Below are positions 57,701 to 64,000 of a stretch of DNA of 64,000 nt, piece by piece. This DNA comes from Macrostomum lignano. Lineage: Eukaryota. The DNA lies in NCBI GenBank assembly GCA_002269645.1, contig NIVC01002718.1:62001-126000 (forward strand), given 5' to 3'. A program made the position numbers and the translations under genes. Position 1 is the stretch's first letter. Every line of letters starts with the position of its first letter. The notes under the pieces are model-generated. The model had not been told where the DNA came from. It saw only the letters and a list, made by a program, of their open reading frames with translations, and searched no databases.

Positions 57701-60700
57701 AGTTCGGAAGTATAATTTCACTGCCTCTTCCGCTCCAACAATAGAATCTGCCTTTCTACTTTTCCAGTCCCTGAACCTGCTTATCCATCCCTTCAGTCAG
57801 CCCCAAATGAAACTGCACCCCCAAAAAGATAGAATAACCACAGGATGTAACGCATACGATAGCACGCAGTGCAATGCGTGGCAGTCCTCAACGCAATCTG
57901 ACAGGCAAGAAATCGGATACATATAAGCTGAATCTGATTCTTTAAAAAGATTCGCGCAAATAATGAGAGTTTCGCAAAACCTCTGCTGCTGCAGCTCGGC
58001 TAGAAAAAACCGATCGAAGAATTAACATTGGGAAGGCGAGCCAGCTGAGACGCCAGCCCGGGAGTGCCCATCACTGTTTCGACCTCCTTAATCTCTCTCT
58101 CCCTCTCTAGACGCCACTTCTTCCCACGCAGCCCCCAAGGCAAATTCTTTCAACGATGGCAAGAAGACCAGACTAGCTGCATCCTCTATAAAGCGATTTG
58201 GCCATTCTTTCTTGATGCAATTACAACCCAACCCGACCGACCCATCGGAGGGGCGGCCCCGTTGCAGCGACAAGCAACACGAATAGACTATGGATCCTAG
58301 AAAAACAACGCCAGCATTCGATAGCGAAGGTTGCCGTGTTAAGGAAGAAAAATTTTCTTAAAAATAATTCCATGCCTATAGCCCTAGCTGCCGAATCTTG
58401 TATCATCATGCTGGTAGTGCGAGCTACAAAATCTAATTTAGTCTAAGTTTACTAGCCTAGCCATTGATTTGCGGTGCGGTGAAGTTAACAACCATAATAA
58501 GATCATAATACTCAAGTGATAAGTGTAGCATGTGCTCGAATTTTCAGGGCTTTCCCTGGGGAAGCACAGTTAGGAGAAGCAACTTATTACGTAAGTAACC
58601 CAGTAAAATCTCATAATAGGGAGTTCAATCTTATGCTTTCTCAGAGGATTCTTAAGGAGACTAATCCAAGATAGTTGACGACTCTCCAACACGAAACCCC
58701 CCCCCCTCCATTAAACTGGCAGGCGAAAAGTACAAACCACTGTTGGACACGCTCTGCATAGTCTGGCTGTACATGGACACATTCCTGTGCAACCTGGTGT
58801 TTCTGCACTGCCTAGGCTGCGCCATAGACACTTGGCTAAGACTGCGCTATCCGATGAGCTACTCACATTCAACAGGCAGAGGATCAACATGTTTAAAAAT
58901 TAGCGCACCCTGGAGCGTGAGCTTCATCCAGACTACTGCTGAGTTCGCCGTCAGCAAACAGTACGAGGAATTGCGTTCACAACCTGAAAAGATTGTTGCA
59001 CAAATCTTTGACATGGAGGATTTTTGCACAAACTCTGGATTCAGAAGTTTGTTTTTCAAACTCCTGACTCAAGAGAAATGGTGCACGAACTCTGGACTCA
59101 GAGGATTGTTGCACAAACTCTGGACTCGGAGGATTGTTGCACAAACTCTGGACTCGGAGGATTGTTGCACGAACTCTGGACTAGGAGGATTGTTGCACGA
59201 ACTCAGGACTCAGAGGATTGTTGCACAAACTCTGGACTCGGAGGATTGTTGCACAAACTCTGGACTCGGAGGATTGTTGCACGAACTCTGGACTAGGAGG
59301 ATTGTTGCACGAACTCAGGACTCAGAGGATTGTTGCACAAACTCTGGACTCGGAGGATTGTTGCACGAACTCAGGACTCAGAGGATTGTTGCACAAACTC
59401 AGGACTCAGAGGATTGTTGCACAAACTCAGGACTCGGAGGATTGTTGCATAAACTCTGGACTCGGAGGATTGTTGCACAAACTCTGGACTCGGAGGATTG
59501 TTGCACAAACTCCTGACTCAAGAGAAATGGTGCACGAACTCTAGACTCGGAGGATTGTTGCACAAACTCTGGACTCGGAGGATTGTTGCACAAACTCTGG
59601 ACTCGGAGGATTGTTGCACAAACTCCTGACTCAAGAGAAATGGTGCACGAACTCTAGACTCGGAGGATTGTTGCACAAACTCTGGACTCGGAGGATTGTT
59701 GCACAAACTCTGGACTCGGAGGATTGTTGCACAAACTCTGGACTCGGAGGATTGTTGCACAAACTCTGGACTCGGAGGATTGTTGCACAAACTCTGGACT
59801 CGGAGGATTGTTGCACAAACTCCTGACTCAAGAGAAATGGTGCACGAACTCTAGACTCGGAGGATTGTTGCACAAACTCTGGACTCGGAGGATTGTTGCA
59901 CAAACTCTGGACTCGGAGGATTGTTGCACAAACTCCTGACTCAAGAGAAATGGTGCACAAACTCCTGACTCAAGAGAAATGGTGCACGAACTCTTGACTC
60001 GGAGGATTGTTGCACAAACTCTGGACTCGGAGGATTGTTGCACAAACTCTGGACTCGGAGGATTGTTGCACAAACTCTGGACTCGGAGGATTGTTGCACA
60101 AACTCTGGACTCGGTGGATTGTTGCACAAACTCTGGACTCGGAGGATTGTTGCACGAACTCTGGACTAGGAGGATCGTTGTACGAACTCTGGACTAGGAG
60201 GATTGTTGTACGAACTCTGGACTCGGTGGATTGTTGCACGAACTCTGGACTCGGTGGATTGTTGCACAAACTCTGGGCTCAAGAGGATTGTTGCACGAAC
60301 TCTGACAAGGGGGGTGGATGGTTGCACGAACTCTGACAAGGGGGGTGGATGGTTGCGCGAACTCGGAAGATGAATTGGCGGACCACATGAGGGTTAATGA
60401 TAAAGATTTTATAACTCCATTTTTTTAGATACGAGGAGCTCTACGACGCAGTGGGCGGGGCATGCCTGCACCGGGACCCAAACTTTGTCATTCTGCGAGC
60501 CTGCATGTCCTACGGTCTGCCCGGCCTGGCCAGTCTGGTCCTACTGCTGCTGGCATTTCGCCAATTTGCCGCCTTGCGACGAAGCGACGGCAATGCCGAG
60601 GCGGCTACGGCGGGCCTGATGGAGGCGGAAGCATCGAGACGCCGGCGGTGGAGCCAAAGACGACGACTACAACAGCAACAGATGCAACAGCATGACGCGC

Positions 60701-62160
60701 CAAGCGTTAGTGAGATGCAGCGGGACTGCACGGCAGAGACCTTGTTGCTGCACCCGATGGACACGGCGGCTGCGCTGACGCTCGACAGCAGTGGAGGTAG
60801 CGGCGTTTGCTTAGAAATGTACCGCATGGCAACAATACCCGAGGCCCACGATGAGGCGTTGCAGAGCGCAGTGTCGGGCGCAGCAACCAGCAACAGTCAA
60901 ATTGTCGGCAGTCGAAGCTGCCAGACCCTGGATTCGGCGCAGCACAACCGCGGCATAAGTTTCGGAGGCGAAATTGGCGGCAATTGGTGGCGCCATCAGC
61001 ACGCCCAGAATTCGCTGCCGATTAGCTACACAACTGACAGGCTGGCGCTGCATAGACTGGCGCGCGACTGCGCTGTCTGTCCCAGGCATGGCCGTCGGGC
61101 AATGTTTGAACCTGCGCCGGTAGCGCTAACCGACACATCGGTTACTGGACACCAACAACAACAGAACGAACCAGCGATGACAGCAACAGGAATAGCAGAG
61201 CCTGAGGCGGAGACCGACAATAGCAGCGGTGGCGAACTATGGGAGAGGTGAGTCTAGTACCGAAGGAACTATTTTAGGGCAAGGTCTCAAGGCGAGCTGC
61301 TGAGTAGCAAGAATTATTTTACAAGTTTGTCGCGATACTTTTCGGGCATGCTTCAAATGACCTTGTATGGATTGTAAGTGTAAGTAGTGGATTGAATCAG
61401 CTCGAAGACGCCTCAGTCAGTATCATGGATAACTTATTTACACTTCAGCTCTAGTAAACCCTGGTTTCTTGATTTTTATTCTTGATTCACTATGGACATC
61501 CCGAGTCATGGATACACCCAAAAAATCATCCGCAAGAGACATGATTATCATTCATCCAGGTCGTGGATTCTTACCCCACCTGCAGCAGATATTCACCTGA
61601 CCCAAGTTCGCTTGTGCCACCCAACCTCCGGCTAGGCCAAGCCAGACCTAACCCTCTTCCTACTACTAACAGTGTTTTTCTTCGTCGATAAAACCAAAAT
61701 CACCAGAAGACAAGAAGCCAGAAGCAACTCTTGGCGACGGATGCTGCAAGAGGAGCGAGCCGCGTGCACCATCAATCTGTGCCTATTTTTCGTGGCCACC
61801 GTGTTCTGGTCGCCCTACATGCTGGGCAGTTTGGCTCACTGTCTATGCCTGAATTTCCGTTGCGACGAAGGCGCGCAACCGTCGGCAAGGACTCTGGCTG
61901 ACGCCAAGTGGATCGCCTACGCTGCCTGCCTAGCCTATCCTTTGTTCTTCCTGGCGGCTGACAAGCGGCTGCGATGGGCCGCCTGGCGAGTGGCCAGATG
62001 CTCTTCGAACTCTGACGCTATCAACGAACCAGACAGCTTGGAGGCTGCAGATGAAGCTAGATTGAGCGACTACAACTGCGATGACGAAGAGGAAGCGGAC
62101 GAAGAGGAGACTCTTGGAGGATTAGCTAGCCAGCATCGGCCAACTGCTGCGGACCGATAA
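54747..62160 (+). CDS. Class A (rhodopsin-like), aminergic-like orphan GPCR, about 571 aa; exons 54747-54951, 58723-58960, 60429-61247, 61707-62160
   Basis: TM1-2 in exon 1; TM3 WLYMDTFLC...AIDTWLRLRYP and TM4 APWSVS in exon 2; TM5 SYGLP plus a long ICL3 in exon 3; TM6 FWSPY and TM7 WIAY..LAYPLFF in exon 4. Phases 1/2/2 are consistent and total 1716 nt. Confidence 0.8.
55193..56028. repeat. 19/20-bp minisatellite CAGCTCGGAATC(C/T)ATCCC(C/T) in GPCR intron 1
   Basis: Directly visible. Confidence 0.95.
58990..60360. repeat. 28-bp minisatellite GAGGATTGTTGCACAAACTCTGGACTCG in GPCR intron 2
   Basis: Directly visible. Confidence 0.95.
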
Positions 62161-63409
62161 GCGCGGCGCACAAGATTGCTAGTCCATTTGCTATTAATAA
62201 AATTCCTGTCATTGACTAAATTCTGAGTACAGACTCTATAAACCTAGATAGGCTACTCCAGCATTCAGAAAACCAAGCGGTTATGACCATAGACTCTGGC
62301 TTCTGCTGCTCTAAATCATTAGCACTGACTGACATGCCCGCTTTGCTGCTGCTAGTGTCTATGGCCCTAATCCCCGATGTTTTTGGGCCCTGTGAGACGG
62401 CCGCTAAATTCACGATTTACCACAGACAGTCTCGGCGGGCGTGAAATACCGACTTAATGGTCTTTCGGCCCCTACTGCCGACGAAGACTTTTCGTCTACG
62501 ATGAAAATTAACGCCATACTAACTATGGAAATTATACTTTTGTCTTATTTATGGTCCAAACATGCCGAGCAGTTGCACTTATCACGGATCCTATTCTTAG
62601 AGATTGAGAGAAAAACAAATCTTTATTCACAATAATTCGATGAGACTCGGAGAATGTTCTTCAAAATTGAACTCTCGATTAAAGGAAAATTCCACTTGTA
62701 TTCCCGACGGAATTGTTTTAATATCTCGATTCTCTATGCAAATGCACTCCAATGCAGATGCAGATGAAGTAAGATCGCAAGTGTCTGTGGAATTTTCTGT
62801 GAACACTGTGAAGTTTTCTCTAGAAAAAGTCTCCATCATCCAGCATGTTTTGTTATAATTTTATTTTTCCTTCGGATTCTATACTATAGAGACTAAAGCA
62901 TTTTTTTCTGCGGCTACAAATGTTCTTTTAAGCTCCGACGCTCTATCCGCGAATAAATCCCGCATTAGACAGGAGAAATCCAATCGACTTAGTGTCTAAG
63001 AAAGTTGATCGCTTTTTTCATGTCTTGCAAACTTTAAGCCACCCTAGATATTCTATCTGTACGTCTATAGCAAGAACCAACAGCACTTGCTAGTCTTACA
63101 AAGTACACACTGTGCAGACAGGGTTCTGGAAAATGCGAAAATTGTTTCAATAATAAATTGTGTCGCCAGCTTTCTATGAATCAGCAAATCTGTTTGTTGC
63201 ATTGCAACTTTTGGCGCAGATACGCTAGTTGGCCAGCTCATAATAAGTGAATAAGCGGTAATTATGCCAAAAATAGCACTGTTCTTTACAGGGATGTTCG
63301 AGGCGCTGTTAGAATAGAAATAATGGGCAATTCCTTGGGAGGAATTAATGCGTAATTCTTTAAGGAATCAAGGAGTGGTTTTAACGATAGTCAAAGGAAG
63401 ATTTCAGGG

Positions 63410-64000
63410 ACGATCAGGGGAAATTGTCAGCATAGTCAGGGGCCATTGTCAGGATAGTCAGGAACAGTTGTCAGGATAGTCAGGAACAGTTGTCAGAAAA
63501 GTCAGAGACAATTGACAGGAAAATCAGGGGTCATGGTCAGGATGATCAGGGGTCATTGTCAGCATAGTCAGGGGCCATTGTCAGGATAGTCAGGAACAGT
63601 TGTCAGGATAGTCAGGAAAGTTGTCAGAAAAGTCAGAGGCAATTGTCAGGAAAATCAGGGGTCATGGTAAGGATGATCAGGGGTCATTGTCAGGATGGTC
63701 AGGGGTCATTGTCAGGATGATCAGGGGTCATTGTCAGGATGGTCAGGGGTCATTGTCAGGATGATCAAGTGTCATTGTCAGGATGGTCAGGGGTCATTGT
63801 CAGGATGATCAGGGGTCATTGTCAGGATAGTCAGGGGTCATTGTCAGGATGATCAGGGGTCATTGTCAGGATAGTCAGGGGTCATTGTCAGGATGATCAG
63901 GGGTCATTGTCAGGATGATCAGGGGTCATTGTCAGGATGATCAGGGGTCATTGTCAGGATGGTCAGGGGTCATTGTCAGGATGATCAGGGGTCATTGTCA
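63410..64000. repeat. 22-bp minisatellite TCAGGGGTCATTGTCAGGATGA, running off the window
   Basis: Directly visible. Confidence 0.92.

Noticed and set aside
58961-60336. DSEDCCTNSGLGG-repeat extension of the GPCR ORF
   Set aside because: Read-through into the 28-bp intronic array; a spliced model restores a normal TM4-TM5 spacing.
62627-62839. 70-aa minus ORF with a CIENRDIKTIPSGI segment resembling an LRR N-cap
   Set aside because: Single weak motif; no LRRs or splice support.

Overview
Eukaryotic (animal) genomic DNA. GC-rich, poly-Ala-prone exons are separated by introns packed with micro- and minisatellites; this style suggests a free-living flatworm such as Macrostomum (inference only). 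Host genes reconstructed by hand from GT-AG junctions: a divergent KDEL-receptor-like gene (2 exons), a RING-HC/TRIM-like gene with a 1-nt frameshift, a MIER-like ELM2-SANT gene, a 13-exon SLC24/NCKX exchanger (minus, 26.9-42.3 kb), Rab21 (2 exons), the last two exons of ABHD16A, and a 4-exon aminergic-like class A GPCR with non-canonical motifs. Mobile DNA: a degenerate Tc1/mariner (DD37D-like) copy with TIRs and TA TSD; a TSD-flanked LOA/R1-like LINE that lacks its whole RT domain; a Crypton-type tyrosine-recombinase element in an NCKX intron; a deleted Ty3/gypsy remnant; several MITE/foldback pieces. The most unusual part is the first 9.3 kb. An intronless coiled-coil + BEN-domain gene is followed by 43-bp and 50-bp arrays that end in a hairpin and ...ATACGGG|TA, which looks like the right end of a CMC/EnSpm-type transposon. 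This block and a small MGQCCC-lipidated gene sit in a near-perfect 4.1-kb tandem duplication. Most long ORFs in the supplied track are artefacts of tandem repeats. No rRNA, tRNA or CRISPR array was found.
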